Source: an uncultured Candidatus Rokubacteria bacterium
GTDB lineage: Bacteria > Methylomirabilota > Methylomirabilia > Rokubacteriales > CSP1-6
NCBI GenBank assembly: GCA_963771355.1
Contig: CAVYTA010000007.1
Coordinates: 352,001-416,000 of the forward strand
Direction of reading: 5' to 3'
DNA: 64,000 bases
Shown here: one piece after another, positions 10,297-19,992 of the stretch
Layout of the letters: every line of letters begins with the position of its first letter
Position numbering within the stretch: the stretch's first letter is position 1
Program-made: the position numbers and the translations under genes
The notes under the pieces: model-generated
Database searches by the model: none
Told to the model about the DNA's origin: nothing
What the model saw: only the letters and a program-made list of their open reading frames with translations

Positions 10297-11777
10297 GGTC
10301 GGGCGCAGCCAGACCCGTCGGAAGGGACAAGGACCGCGTCATAATCGATCAGCCCGCGTCGACCCCGGAGACCGAAGCCCCGCCGACCCTGCCCCGGCGC
10401 GGTATCCGCCTCTCGCTCAAGGTCAAGCTCAGCCTGCTCATCACCGCCCTGGTCGTGCTCACCGTCACCCTCGTGAGCGCCTTCCTCATCCGGCAGGAGC
10501 AGCAGACCCTCACCGCGGAGATGACCAAGCGGGGGCTCACCATCGCGGAGAACACCTCCGCGGCCGCCAAGTCCTCGCTCATCGCCAACGACGAGCTCAC
10601 GCTCAACGTGCTGGTGAATGACGCCATGAAGGATCCGGACGTGGCCTACGTGGCGATCGTGGACGAGAACCGCACCGTCCTCGCCCATTCCGACGTGGGG
10701 GAGATCGGCAAGCCCATCGCGCGGCCCCCCGGCCTCGAATCCCTCGGCGCGGAGCCCCTGATCCGCACCTACACGACCAAGCCCCGGGGCGAGATCATCG
10801 ACTTCGCCATGCCGCTGGTGTTCAGCGACACGCCGGTGGGCGCGCTCTATCTGGGCTTCTCCAAGCAGGCCATCACCGACGCGCTTGCCCGGGCCTTCAA
10901 CCGCGCTCTCATCATCACCCTCGCCATGGTGGTCGTGGGCGTGGTGGGAGCGGTGGGCCTCTCCAACCTGCTCTCGCGGCCCATCTTCCGGCTGGTGCGC
11001 GGGACGCGGGCCATCGCCCAGGGCGATTTCAACGTGGCGCTGCCGGTGACCTCCGGCGACGAGATCGGCGTCCTCACCGAGTCCTTCAACCAGATGGCGC
11101 GGAGCCTCCGGGAGAAGGAGATGATCAAGCACGCCTTCACGCGCTACGTGGCCCGCGAAGTGGTGGAGGAGATCCTCAAGGATCCCGAGCACCTCGTGCT
11201 CACGGGGGAGCGGCGGGAGGCCACCGTGCTGTTCTGCGACATCCGCGGGTTCACCCCGCTGTCGGAGCGGCTGTCCCCGGAAGAGGTGGTCTCCCTCCTC
11301 AACGAGTTCTACACCCTCATGATCGAGACCACGTTCAAGCACGACGGCACCCTGGACAAGTTCCTCGGCGACGCGGTGATGGCGGTGTTCGGCGCCCCCA
11401 TCGCGCACCCGGATCATGCCACCCGCGCGGTGCGCACCGCCATCGCCATGCAGCAGGGCGTCACCGTGCTGAACGAATCGCGAATGCGTGACGGCAAGGA
11501 GCAGATCCATATCGGCATCGGCGTGGCGGTGGGCGAGGTGGTGGCGGGCACGGTGGGCAGCGGCGAGCGGATGGAATACACCGTGATCGGCGACAGCGTG
11601 AACCTCGCCTCGCGTCTCGAGTCCAATGCCAAGCCGGGCCGGATCCTCATCAGCGGCCGCACGTACGAGATGGTGCGCCATCTCGTCGAGGTGGTGCCGC
11701 TGGGACCGATCAAGGTCAAGGGCAAGGAGGAACAGGTGGAGGTTTTCGAGCTGGTCGGACACCGGGAGGGCGCGTGA
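10281..11777 (+). CDS. Membrane-bound class III adenylate cyclase (TM-periplasmic sensor-TM-HAMP-cyclase); start may be ATA 10341
   Basis: TVLFCDIRGFT, LDKFLGDAVMA, EYTVIGDSVNLASRLE; HAMP segment SGDEIGVLTESFNQM. Confidence 0.93.
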   Translation: MRLLCWSGAARPVGRDKDRVIIDQPASTPETEAPPTLPRRGIRLSLKVKLSLLITALVVLTVTLVSAFLIRQEQQTLTAEMTKRGLTIAENTSAAAKSSLIANDELTLNVLVNDAMKDPDVAYVAIVDENRTVLAHSDVGEIGKPIARPPGLESLGAEPLIRTYTTKPRGEIIDFAMPLVFSDTPVGALYLGFSKQAITDALARAFNRALIITLAMVVVGVVGAVGLSNLLSRPIFRLVRGTRAIAQGDFNVALPVTSGDEIGVLTESFNQMARSLREKEMIKHAFTRYVAREVVEEILKDPEHLVLTGERREATVLFCDIRGFTPLSERLSPEEVVSLLNEFYTLMIETTFKHDGTLDKFLGDAVMAVFGAPIAHPDHATRAVRTAIAMQQGVTVLNESRMRDGKEQIHIGIGVAVGEVVAGTVGSGERMEYTVIGDSVNLASRLESNAKPGRILISGRTYEMVRHLVEVVPLGPIKVKGKEEQVEVFELVGHREGA

Positions 11778-12859
11778 GCGCCGCGCGCGGAGTGATCGGG
11801 AGCACCTGGGCGCGCGCGCTCCCGCTGGTCGCGGTGGCGCTGCTCGCGGGCGCCTGCGCGACGGCGGCCCCCGATCAGCCCTCCGGCGAGGGCCCCGCCG
11901 CGTCCCGCACCGCGCGGACGGCCCCCGCGTCGCCGCCCCGCGTGGAGCCCTTGCCCGAGGCCTTCCGATCCGACGACTTCATCGTCACCTTCGCGCGAGC
12001 CGGCGACACCGCGGAGACGCTCGCGGCGCGGCATCTGGGCGAGGCGGGGAAATCCTGGATGATCGCCAACTACATGGGCAAGGACAGCTTCGCCGCGGGC
12101 GAGGAAGTGATCATCCCCGTGAAGCCCTGGAATCCCGCCGGCGTGGAGCCCGGCGGCTACCAGCTCGTGCCCATCCTCTGCTATCACAACCTCGACCGGC
12201 AGGCCAAAGGCCGGCTGGTGCTGGCGGCGTCCTCCTTCGAGGAGCAGATGCGGTATTTGAAGCGCGAGGGGTATCACGTCGTCAGCCTCAAGGAATTCGT
12301 CGAGTTCATGAGCTTCAAGCGGCAGCTGCCGCGCAAGTCGGTCGTGCTGACGTTCGATGACGGCTACCGTGCCTTCAAGGAATTCGCCTATCCCATCCTC
12401 AAGGAGCTGGGCTACACCGCTACCCTCTTCGTGTACACCGACTACGTGGGCGCGGGGCGTAGCGCGCTGTCGTGGGACGAGCTCAAGGAGCTCAGCGCCG
12501 AGGGCTTCGACGTCCAGGCCCACTCCAAGACCCACGGGGACCTGCGCAAGGCGCCCAACGAGACCGACGCGCAGTTCGCGCGGCGCATGCAGGTCGAGCT
12601 CGAGCAGCCGCTGGGCCAGTTCCAGCAGCGCATCGGGTCGCGGCCGAACTATCTGGCCTATCCCTACGGGCGGCAGGATGACGATGTCGTCAAGAAGGCG
12701 AAGGAGTACGGCTACATCGCCGCCTTCACCGTGCGCCGTCAGGGCAGCCCCGCCTTCGTCTCGCCGCTCCGCGGGCATCGGAGCCAGATCTATTCCGAGA
12801 TGACGCTGGAGGACTTCATCAAGAACCTCAACGTCTTCGCGGCCGAGGAGCTCAAGTGA
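11774..12859 (+). CDS. Lipoprotein with LysM-like domain and CE4/NodB polysaccharide deacetylase domain
   Basis: Lipobox LLAGAC; AGDTAETLAARHLG; PILCYH, LTFDDGY, HSKTH, AYPYG; GTGA overlap with the cyclase. Confidence 0.9.
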   Translation: MSAARGVIGSTWARALPLVAVALLAGACATAAPDQPSGEGPAASRTARTAPASPPRVEPLPEAFRSDDFIVTFARAGDTAETLAARHLGEAGKSWMIANYMGKDSFAAGEEVIIPVKPWNPAGVEPGGYQLVPILCYHNLDRQAKGRLVLAASSFEEQMRYLKREGYHVVSLKEFVEFMSFKRQLPRKSVVLTFDDGYRAFKEFAYPILKELGYTATLFVYTDYVGAGRSALSWDELKELSAEGFDVQAHSKTHGDLRKAPNETDAQFARRMQVELEQPLGQFQQRIGSRPNYLAYPYGRQDDDVVKKAKEYGYIAAFTVRRQGSPAFVSPLRGHRSQIYSEMTLEDFIKNLNVFAAEELK

Positions 12860-14058
12860 GGCGCCCGGCCGCCTGGGTGGTGCTGGGGCTCCTGGCGGGC
12901 GGCTGCGCCACCGCGGCGCCCGAGGGCGCGGGGACCGCCACGCCCGCGGGCCGTCCCGCCGCCACGCCGGCGGCCGCGGCCGCGCCCCGACCGCCCTCCC
13001 CGCGCGAGCAGCTCGCGGCCAAGCACCGCGCGGAGGCGGAGCGACTCGAGCGCGAGGGCGATCTGCGACGGGCGCTGGACCACTGGAAGATCGCCCTCAT
13101 GATCAACAAGGACGACGCGGCGGTCCGGGAGGGCCAGACCAAGCTCGAGGGTCGGATCGAGGGCGCGGTGGCCCAGCGCATCCAGGAGGGCCGCGCCGCG
13201 CTGCAGCGATCCTCCCACGTGGAGGCGCGCCGCCGCTTTCTCGCCGCGCTGGCCTTGGACCCGTTCAACCGCACCGCCTTCGACGCGCTCCAGACCGACG
13301 TGCGCGAGGTGGAGTCGCTCACCCACACGGTGCGCGCGGGAGATACGCTCGCCACGCTGGCCCAGCGCTACTACGGCGACCGGTCGCGCGGCGAGGTCAT
13401 CTGGGAGACCAATCAGCTCCCGCCGAACCCGCGCCTGGTGGCGGGCACCGCGCTGAAAATCCCCGAGATCCCGGGCTTGCCCTTTCTCCGCGCGGAGCCG
13501 CGGCGCGAGCCGCTGCCGCCCCTCGCGGCGCCCACGCCGGCTCCCGGAGCGACGCCGGGGCCCGCGCCGGGCCCGCCGCCGGCCCGGACCGAGCCCGCGC
13601 GCGAGGAGCCGCCGGAGGTCAACCCGCTGCTGGCCGACGCGCGCGAGGCGCTCGAGCGGAAGGAATACCCCGCCGCCCTGGCCGGTCTCGACCGGCTGCT
13701 GGCGAGCACGCCCTCGGACCGGGAGGGCCAGGACCTCCGCAAGGTGGCGCTGTACCAGTACGGCAAGGCGCAGTTCGCCCAGCAGCAGTACGAGGCGTCC
13801 TATAAGACGTTCACGCAGCTGGCGAAGATCCAGCCGAGCTACGAGGATTCGCCGCGCTTGCTCCAGCAGGCGCGGGCCCGCGTCGTCGACAAGCACTACA
13901 GCGAGGGCATCAAGCTCTACCGCGACGAGAAGCTCAAGGAAGCCATTCGCGAATGGCAGGTCGTGCTCGAGTTCGAGCCCACCCACGCCAACGCGAAGAA
14001 GAACATCGAGCAGGCGGAGCGGTTGCTGAAGGGACTCGAGCAGCGCAAGAAGAAGTAG
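12856..14058 (+). CDS. Lipoprotein with LysM and TPR domains
   Basis: Lipobox LLAGGC; HTVRAGDTLATLAQRYYGD...NQL...LKIP; flanking TPR-like helices; GTGA overlap. Confidence 0.85.
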   Translation: MRRPAAWVVLGLLAGGCATAAPEGAGTATPAGRPAATPAAAAAPRPPSPREQLAAKHRAEAERLEREGDLRRALDHWKIALMINKDDAAVREGQTKLEGRIEGAVAQRIQEGRAALQRSSHVEARRRFLAALALDPFNRTAFDALQTDVREVESLTHTVRAGDTLATLAQRYYGDRSRGEVIWETNQLPPNPRLVAGTALKIPEIPGLPFLRAEPRREPLPPLAAPTPAPGATPGPAPGPPPARTEPAREEPPEVNPLLADAREALERKEYPAALAGLDRLLASTPSDREGQDLRKVALYQYGKAQFAQQQYEASYKTFTQLAKIQPSYEDSPRLLQQARARVVDKHYSEGIKLYRDEKLKEAIREWQVVLEFEPTHANAKKNIEQAERLLKGLEQRKKK

Positions 14059-14074
14059 CCTGCCGTCGTGGCCC

Positions 14075-14214
14075 GCGCGGCACGGGGATGTGCGGCGGGT
14101 CCTGTCGCCGGACAGCCCCACGCCCCGAGCCACCCCCGCCCGGTGTGGGGTCCCCCGGCTCGGGGCGTGGGGCTCCCCGTCCGGCACCACCCGCCGCACA
14201 TCCCCGTGCCGCGC
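14075..14214. repeat. 140-bp nested inverted repeat (REPIN/MITE-like palindrome)
   Basis: Perfect 26-bp arms 14075-14100/14189-14214, 7-bp arms 14107-14113/14179-14185, perfect 18-bp arms 14114-14131/14157-14174. Confidence 0.85.
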
Positions 14215-14329
14215 TCCCCGTGAGTCCTCATCCGAGCGCCCCCATCCCCGCGAATCCTGTCTGTATCGCAACTTGGACATTGACCCGACTCGAAATTCGA
14301 ATCAAAGTGGCGTCGGAGCGCGCCGTTCA

Positions 14330-14359
14330 TTGACTTTGGGGGGATCGGCCCTCTACAAT
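14330..14359 (+). promoter_or_regulatory. Sigma70 promoter of recA
   Basis: TTGACT-N18-TACAAT; AGGAG RBS before ATG 14443. Confidence 0.7.
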
Positions 14360-14442
14360 AGTCTGCAAGTGCGCGTGGAATCGAGAGTTTGCGCCTCGCC
14401 CGGACCTGACCTGAGGCCTGCGAGCATTCCCAGGAGATTCCC

Positions 14443-15501
14443 ATGGCAGAAGTGAAGAGCGATCGCCGCCAGGCCCTCGAGCTCGCCCTGGCTTCCATTG
14501 ACCGCCAGTTCGGCAAGGGCGCCATCATGCGCCTGGGGCAGGGCGGCGCCCTCGACGAGATCTCGGTGATCCCGACCGGGGCGCTCACGCTCGACCTGGC
14601 GCTCGGCATCGGCGGCATCCCGCGCGGCCGCGTCACCGAGATCTACGGCCCGGAGTCCTCCGGCAAGACCACGCTGGCGCTGCACGTCATCGCGGAAGCA
14701 CAGCGCGCGGGCGGCACCGCCGCCTTCATCGACGCCGAGCACGCGCTCGATCCGATCTACGCCAAGAAGCTCGGGGTCAATACCGACGAGCTGCTGATCT
14801 CCCAGCCCGATACCGGCGAGCAGGCGCTGGAGATCGCCGAGACCCTCGTGCGCTCCAACGCGGTGGACGTCATCGTCATCGACTCGGTGGCGGCCCTGGT
14901 CCCGCGCGCGGAGCTCGACGGCGACATGGGCGACTCGCTCCCGGGCCTGCAGGCGCGGCTCATGTCGCAGGCGCTCCGCAAGCTCACCGCGGCCATCTCG
15001 CGCTCGGGCGGCAGCGTGATCTTTATCAATCAGATACGCGAAAAGATAGGCGTCATGTTCGGATCGCCCGAGACCACGACGGGCGGCCGCGCGCTCAAGT
15101 TCTACGCCTCCATCCGGCTCGACATCCGCCGGCAGGACGCGATCAAGAACGGCACCGAGTCCATCGGCGTGCACACCAAGGTCAAGGTGGTGAAGAACAA
15201 GCTGTCCCCGCCGTTCCGCGAGGCGGAGTTCGACGTCATCTACGGCGAGGGGATCTCCAAGGAAGGCACCGTGCTCGACGCCGCCGCGGAGAACAGCATC
15301 GTCGAGAAGTCCGGTACCTGGTACACCTACGGGAACGAGCGCATCGGGCAGGGCCGAGAGAACGCCAAGCGCTATCTCAAGGAGAATCCCAAGGTCCTGC
15401 TCGACATGGAAGCCAAGGTCCGGAGCGCGCTCGGGCTCAAGCCGGCCGCCGCACCCTCGATCCCCGACAAGGTCGAGAAGGCCGAGAAGGCCGGGCGCTA
15501 G
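14443..15501 (+). CDS. recA: Recombinase RecA
   Basis: [38 protein letters not shown]. Confidence 0.99.
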   Translation: MAEVKSDRRQALELALASIDRQFGKGAIMRLGQGGALDEISVIPTGALTLDLALGIGGIPRGRVTEIYGPESSGKTTLALHVIAEAQRAGGTAAFIDAEHALDPIYAKKLGVNTDELLISQPDTGEQALEIAETLVRSNAVDVIVIDSVAALVPRAELDGDMGDSLPGLQARLMSQALRKLTAAISRSGGSVIFINQIREKIGVMFGSPETTTGGRALKFYASIRLDIRRQDAIKNGTESIGVHTKVKVVKNKLSPPFREAEFDVIYGEGISKEGTVLDAAAENSIVEKSGTWYTYGNERIGQGRENAKRYLKENPKVLLDMEAKVRSALGLKPAAAPSIPDKVEKAEKAGR

Positions 15502-15510
15502 GAGGGACGG

Positions 15511-16726
15511 ATGGAACTGGACGAGCTCCTCTCCCACGCGGTGAAGCGCCAGGCGTCGGATCTCCACCTTAAAGCCGACGCCCACCCGGTGCTGCGCATT
15601 CACGGCCATCTCGAGGTGCAGGACGACCTCCCCGCCATCACGCGCGAGTTCATGCGGCGCACCGCGATGCGGCTGCTGGGCGAGGATCGATACAACGACC
15701 TGATGGGGGGGACGGAGAAGGATCTCGGCTATCAAGTCGAGGGGATGGGCCGCTTCCGCGTCAACCTCTTCCTCGCTCAGGGCGAGGTGCGCGGCGTGAT
15801 GCGGCACATCCCGGGCCGGGTGCCGCTCTTCGAGGAGCTGCACCTGCCCAAGGTGCTCGAGCGCCTCGCCATGGAGCGGCGCGGGCTGCTCCTCGTCACC
15901 GGCATCACCGGCTCCGGCAAGTCCACCACCCTCGCCGCCATGATCGACTACATGAATCGCGGCCGGAACGACCACATCATCACCATCGAGGACCCGATCG
16001 AGTTCGCCCACAACGATCGTAAGTGCGTGATCAGCCAGCGCGAGATCGGGCACGACTCGACGAACTTCGCCCAGGCCCTCCGCGCCGCCCTCCGCGCAGG
16101 ATCCCGACATCATCCTCGTCGGTGAGATGCGCGACGCCGAGACCATGGAAGTCGCCCTGCATGCGGCCGAGACCGGGCACCTGGTGCTCTCCACCCTGCA
16201 CACGCTCAACGCCTCGGAGACCATCAACCGGATCATCTCGACCTTCCCGCCGCACCAGGAGGACCAGATCCGCGGGCAGCTGTCCGCGATCATCCAGGGC
16301 ATCGTCTCCCAGCGCCTGGTGGTCCGCGCGGACGGCAAGGGCCGCGTCCCCGCCGTCGAGGTCCTGGTGGGCACCGGCCTCATCCGTGAGTGCATCAAGG
16401 AGGCGGACAAGACCTCGCAGATCCCGTCGGTGATCGCGGCCGGCCAGGCGCAGTACGGCATGCAGACCTTCGACCAGTCGCTGCTGGGACTCTACCGCGA
16501 GGAGCTCATCACCTACGAGGTGGCCCGCGACGCGGCGACCAACCCCGACGACTTCGACCTCAAGGTGAAGGGCATCTTCTCCACCGGCGAGATGACGTGG
16601 GAGACGAGCGGGGCGGGGCAACAGTCCCAGCCCGGCACGGGCCCGGCTCCGATGCCCCGGCCGGCGGCGGTGACGCCGGGCCGGCCGTCCACCGGGTCCG
16701 GGGGCCCCTTCTCCAAGAAGCCCTGA
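15511..16726 (+). CDS. pilT: PilT/PilU family pilus retraction ATPase, with a +1 frameshift at ~16096
   Basis: [23 protein letters not shown]; removing G16096 restores [39 protein letters not shown]. Confidence 0.9.
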
Positions 16727-16728
16727 CG

Positions 16729-17268
16729 GTGGCGGCCCGGCGGGCGCGCCGTCCGCCGGGGCCGCCGCCCGCGCTCGACCTTCGCGGCGCGCGTGTGGCC
16801 GCCTTCGATCTCCTCGCGCGCAAGGGCTGGAGCGGGCGCGATCTGCGCGCCCGCCTGGTCCGCCGCGGCGCCTCCCGCGAGATGGCCGCCGAGATCGTGG
16901 CCGAGCTCGAGGGCAAGGGCTATGTGGACGACGACGCCTTCGCCCGCTGGTGGGCGGAAGCCCGGGCCCGCGGCCGGCGGGTCGGAAGCCGTCGCCTCAC
17001 CCAGGAGCTGCGCGCCAAGGGTATCGCCCCCGTGCTCGTGGCCGCCGCCGTCGAGTCGGCCTTCGCCGAGGTCCCGGAGGGCGAGCGTGCCCTCGAGGCG
17101 GCCCGGCGCCGGCTCCCCGCCCTGCGCCGGACGCGGCCGGACCGCGCGGCGGCCCGACTGCGCGACTACCTTCTCCGGCGCGGCTACCCTGCGAGCGCGG
17201 TCCGCGCCGCGGTGACCGCGGTGCTGGGGCCCCTGCCGGAGTCTGAGGACGTGCCCCCCGACGCCTGA
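16729..17268 (+). CDS. recX: Regulatory protein RecX
   Basis: GTG start; GYVDDDAFARWW, GSRRLTQELRAKGI, YLLRRGY; in the recA operon. Confidence 0.9.
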   Translation: MAARRARRPPGPPPALDLRGARVAAFDLLARKGWSGRDLRARLVRRGASREMAAEIVAELEGKGYVDDDAFARWWAEARARGRRVGSRRLTQELRAKGIAPVLVAAAVESAFAEVPEGERALEAARRRLPALRRTRPDRAAARLRDYLLRRGYPASAVRAAVTAVLGPLPESEDVPPDA

Positions 17269-17291
17269 TTCCGCCCGGGTATAATGGCGCC

Positions 17292-19976
17292 ATGAAGACC
17301 GGCGCCCAGATTCGCCAGAGCTTCCTCGACTACTTCGCGCGGAACGGCCACACCGTGGTCCGCTCCTCGCCGCTAGTGCCGGCTCAGGATCCGACCCTTC
17401 TCTTCACCAATGCCGGCATGGTCCAGTTCAAGTCCGTCTTCCTGGGCGAGGAGCGCCGGGACTACGTACGCGCCGCTACCGCCCAGAAGTGCGTGCGCGC
17501 GGGTGGCAAGCACAATGACCTCGAGAATGTCGGCCGCACCGCGAGGCATCACACCTTCTTCGAGATGCTGGGCAATTTCTCCTTCGGCGACTACTTCAAG
17601 CGGGAGGCCATCGCCTACTGCTGGGAGCTCATGACGGGGGAGTACGGCTTGCCGAAGGACCGGCTCAAGGCCACCGTCTTCACCGAGGACGACGATGCCT
17701 TCGCGCTCTGGAAAGAGGTAGCGGGGCTGGCTGACGAGCGCATCCTGCGCTTGGGGGAGAAGGACAACTTCTGGGCCATGGGCGATACCGGCCCCTGCGG
17801 CCCCTGCGCGGAGGTGCACTTTCACCAGGGTGATCATCTCCCTTGCGGGGAGGAGCAGGCGGGGCGTACCTGCCTCGGGCCGGCCTGCGAGTGCGACCGG
17901 TGGCTCGAGATGTGGAACCTCGTCTTCATGCAGTACAACCGCGACGCGAGCGGCCGGCTCACTCCCTTGCCGCGGCCGTCCATCGACACCGGCATGGGGC
18001 TCGAGCGCATCGCGGCCGTGCTCCAGGGGAAGGACTCGAACTACGAGACCGATCTCCTCCGGCCCCTGATCACCCACGTGGAGCGGCTGGCGGGGACGCC
18101 CTACCGCGCCGGAGGCGACCTGGAGCAGGACGTCGCCATGCGGGTCATCGCGGATCACGCCCGGGCCGCCACCTTTCTCATCGCCGACGGCGTGACGCCG
18201 TCCAATGAGTGGCGCGGCTATGTCCTGCGGCGGATCATGCGGCGGGCCATGCGCCACGGCCGCATGCTAGGCCTCCGCGAGCCATTTCTTTGGGACGTGA
18301 CCGGCTCGGTGGTGAAGATCCTGGGGGACGCGTATCCGGAGATCCGCGAGCAGCACCCGCGCGTGGTGGAGGCGGTGCGCCAGGAGGAGGAGCGCTTCGC
18401 CGAGACCCTCGACATGGGCATGGAGAAGATCCGCGACTATATGTCGGCCCATGGAGGCCAGGGCCGGAAGACCGTCGACGGCAAGTTCCTCTTCACGCTC
18501 TACGATACCCACGGCTTCCCCGTCGATCTCGCCCAGGAGGTGTTTCAGGACGCAGGCTGGACGGTGCCCGCCGAGAGCCTGACCGCCTTCGAGGCCGAGA
18601 TGGAGACGCAGCGCGAGCGCGCTCGAGCGGGGGGCGCCTTCCAGGCCGCCGGCGAGGACGGCTCCGCGACCGTGTATCAGCGGCTGTCCGCCGAGCTGCC
18701 GCGCCCGAGCTTCCTCGGCTATACCGACCTCGCCGCGCCCGCGCGCATTCTCGCCATGGTCGACGGCGGGCGCCGGCGGCCGGAGGCGGGGCCGGGTGAG
18801 ACGGTGGAGATCATTCTCGACCGGACGCCGGCGTATGCCGAGTCCGGCGGCCAGATCGGCGATACCGGCACCGTGGTCGGCCGGGACGGACAGGGCGACA
18901 TCCTCGACACCTACTACCGCGGCTCACAGCTCATCGTTCACAAGGTGAAGGTGACCCAGGGTCGCCTCCGCGAGAACGAGGAGGTGGCGGTGACGGTGAA
19001 CCCGCGGCGGCGCCAGGGCCTGCGCCTGCACCACACCGGCACCCATCTGCTCCACGCGGCGCTGCGCCAGGTGCTGGGTGGCCACGTCACCCAGGCCGGC
19101 TCGCTGGTGGCGCCCGACCACCTGCGCTTCGACTTCTCGCACCCGGCCGGCATCAAGGATCCGGACCTCGAGCGGGTCGAGTCCCTCGTGAACGAGCAGG
19201 TGCAGGCGAACATCGTGGTGTCCCCCGCCGAGATGGACCTCCAGGCCGCTCTCCAGAGCGGCGCCATGGCACTGTTCGGGGAGAAGTACGGTGACCGCGT
19301 CCGGGTGATCCGGATCGGCGACTTCTCGACCGAGCTGTGCGGCGGCACCCATCTCGGCGCCACCGGCGAGATCGGGCTCTTCAAGGTGGTGGGCGAGAGC
19401 GCGGTGGCCTCCGGCGTGCGGCGCATCGAGGCGGTGACGGGAGAGGCCGCCCTCCGCCACGTGGGCCAGCAGGAGGCGGCGCTCCGCGAGTCGGCGGGGC
19501 TGCTCAAGATTCCGCCGCTCGAGCTGCCCCGACGGATCCAGAAGCTCCTCGACGAGCAGAAGCAGCTCGAGAAGCAGCTGGCCCAGCTCGAGGCCCGTGC
19601 CGCCCGGAGTCGTGCCGAGGAGCTGGTCGCCTCCGCGAAGCAGGTGGCGGGCGTGCCCGTGCTCGCCGCGCGCCTGGATGGCCTCGACCCCGACGGCCTG
19701 CGCTCCGTGGTGGACATCCTGCGCGAGCGGCTGGGCCCGGGCGTCATCTGCGTGGGCAGCGCGGTGGACGGCAAGGTCAACCTGATCGCTGCCGTCTCCA
19801 AGGATCTCTCCGGACGCTTCCCCGCGGGCAAGCTCGTGCAGGAGGTGGCCAAGGTGGTGGGCGGCGGGGGCGGTGGGCGGCCGGACCTGGCGCAGGCGGG
19901 CGGCAAGGATCCGGAAAAGCTCGATGCCGCGCTTGCGCTGGTGCCGGGCTGGGTGGAGCGGACGGCGCGAAACTGA
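17292..19976 (+). CDS. alaS: Alanine--tRNA ligase
   Basis: LLFTNAGMVQFK, HHTFFEMLGNFSFGDYFK, HTGTHLLH, ELCGGTH, GGGGGRPDLAQAGG. Confidence 0.99.
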   Translation: MKTGAQIRQSFLDYFARNGHTVVRSSPLVPAQDPTLLFTNAGMVQFKSVFLGEERRDYVRAATAQKCVRAGGKHNDLENVGRTARHHTFFEMLGNFSFGDYFKREAIAYCWELMTGEYGLPKDRLKATVFTEDDDAFALWKEVAGLADERILRLGEKDNFWAMGDTGPCGPCAEVHFHQGDHLPCGEEQAGRTCLGPACECDRWLEMWNLVFMQYNRDASGRLTPLPRPSIDTGMGLERIAAVLQGKDSNYETDLLRPLITHVERLAGTPYRAGGDLEQDVAMRVIADHARAATFLIADGVTPSNEWRGYVLRRIMRRAMRHGRMLGLREPFLWDVTGSVVKILGDAYPEIREQHPRVVEAVRQEEERFAETLDMGMEKIRDYMSAHGGQGRKTVDGKFLFTLYDTHGFPVDLAQEVFQDAGWTVPAESLTAFEAEMETQRERARAGGAFQAAGEDGSATVYQRLSAELPRPSFLGYTDLAAPARILAMVDGGRRRPEAGPGETVEIILDRTPAYAESGGQIGDTGTVVGRDGQGDILDTYYRGSQLIVHKVKVTQGRLRENEEVAVTVNPRRRQGLRLHHTGTHLLHAALRQVLGGHVTQAGSLVAPDHLRFDFSHPAGIKDPDLERVESLVNEQVQANIVVSPAEMDLQAALQSGAMALFGEKYGDRVRVIRIGDFSTELCGGTHLGATGEIGLFKVVGESAVASGVRRIEAVTGEAALRHVGQQEAALRESAGLLKIPPLELPRRIQKLLDEQKQLEKQLAQLEARAARSRAEELVASAKQVAGVPVLAARLDGLDPDGLRSVVDILRERLGPGVICVGSAVDGKVNLIAAVSKDLSGRFPAGKLVQEVAKVVGGGGGGRPDLAQAGGKDPEKLDAALALVPGWVERTARN

Positions 19977-19992
19977 GGGGTCCGGAGGGCCC

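Noticed and set aside
14240..14442. LexA/SOS box upstream of recA
   Set aside because: No match to CTGT-N8-ACAG or GAAC-N4-GTTC was found; only short TTCGAA-type palindromes.
15511..16726. pilT inside the recA-recX-alaS operon as a novelty
   Set aside because: I recall this gene order from other diderm (deltaproteobacterial) genomes, so it is not considered new.
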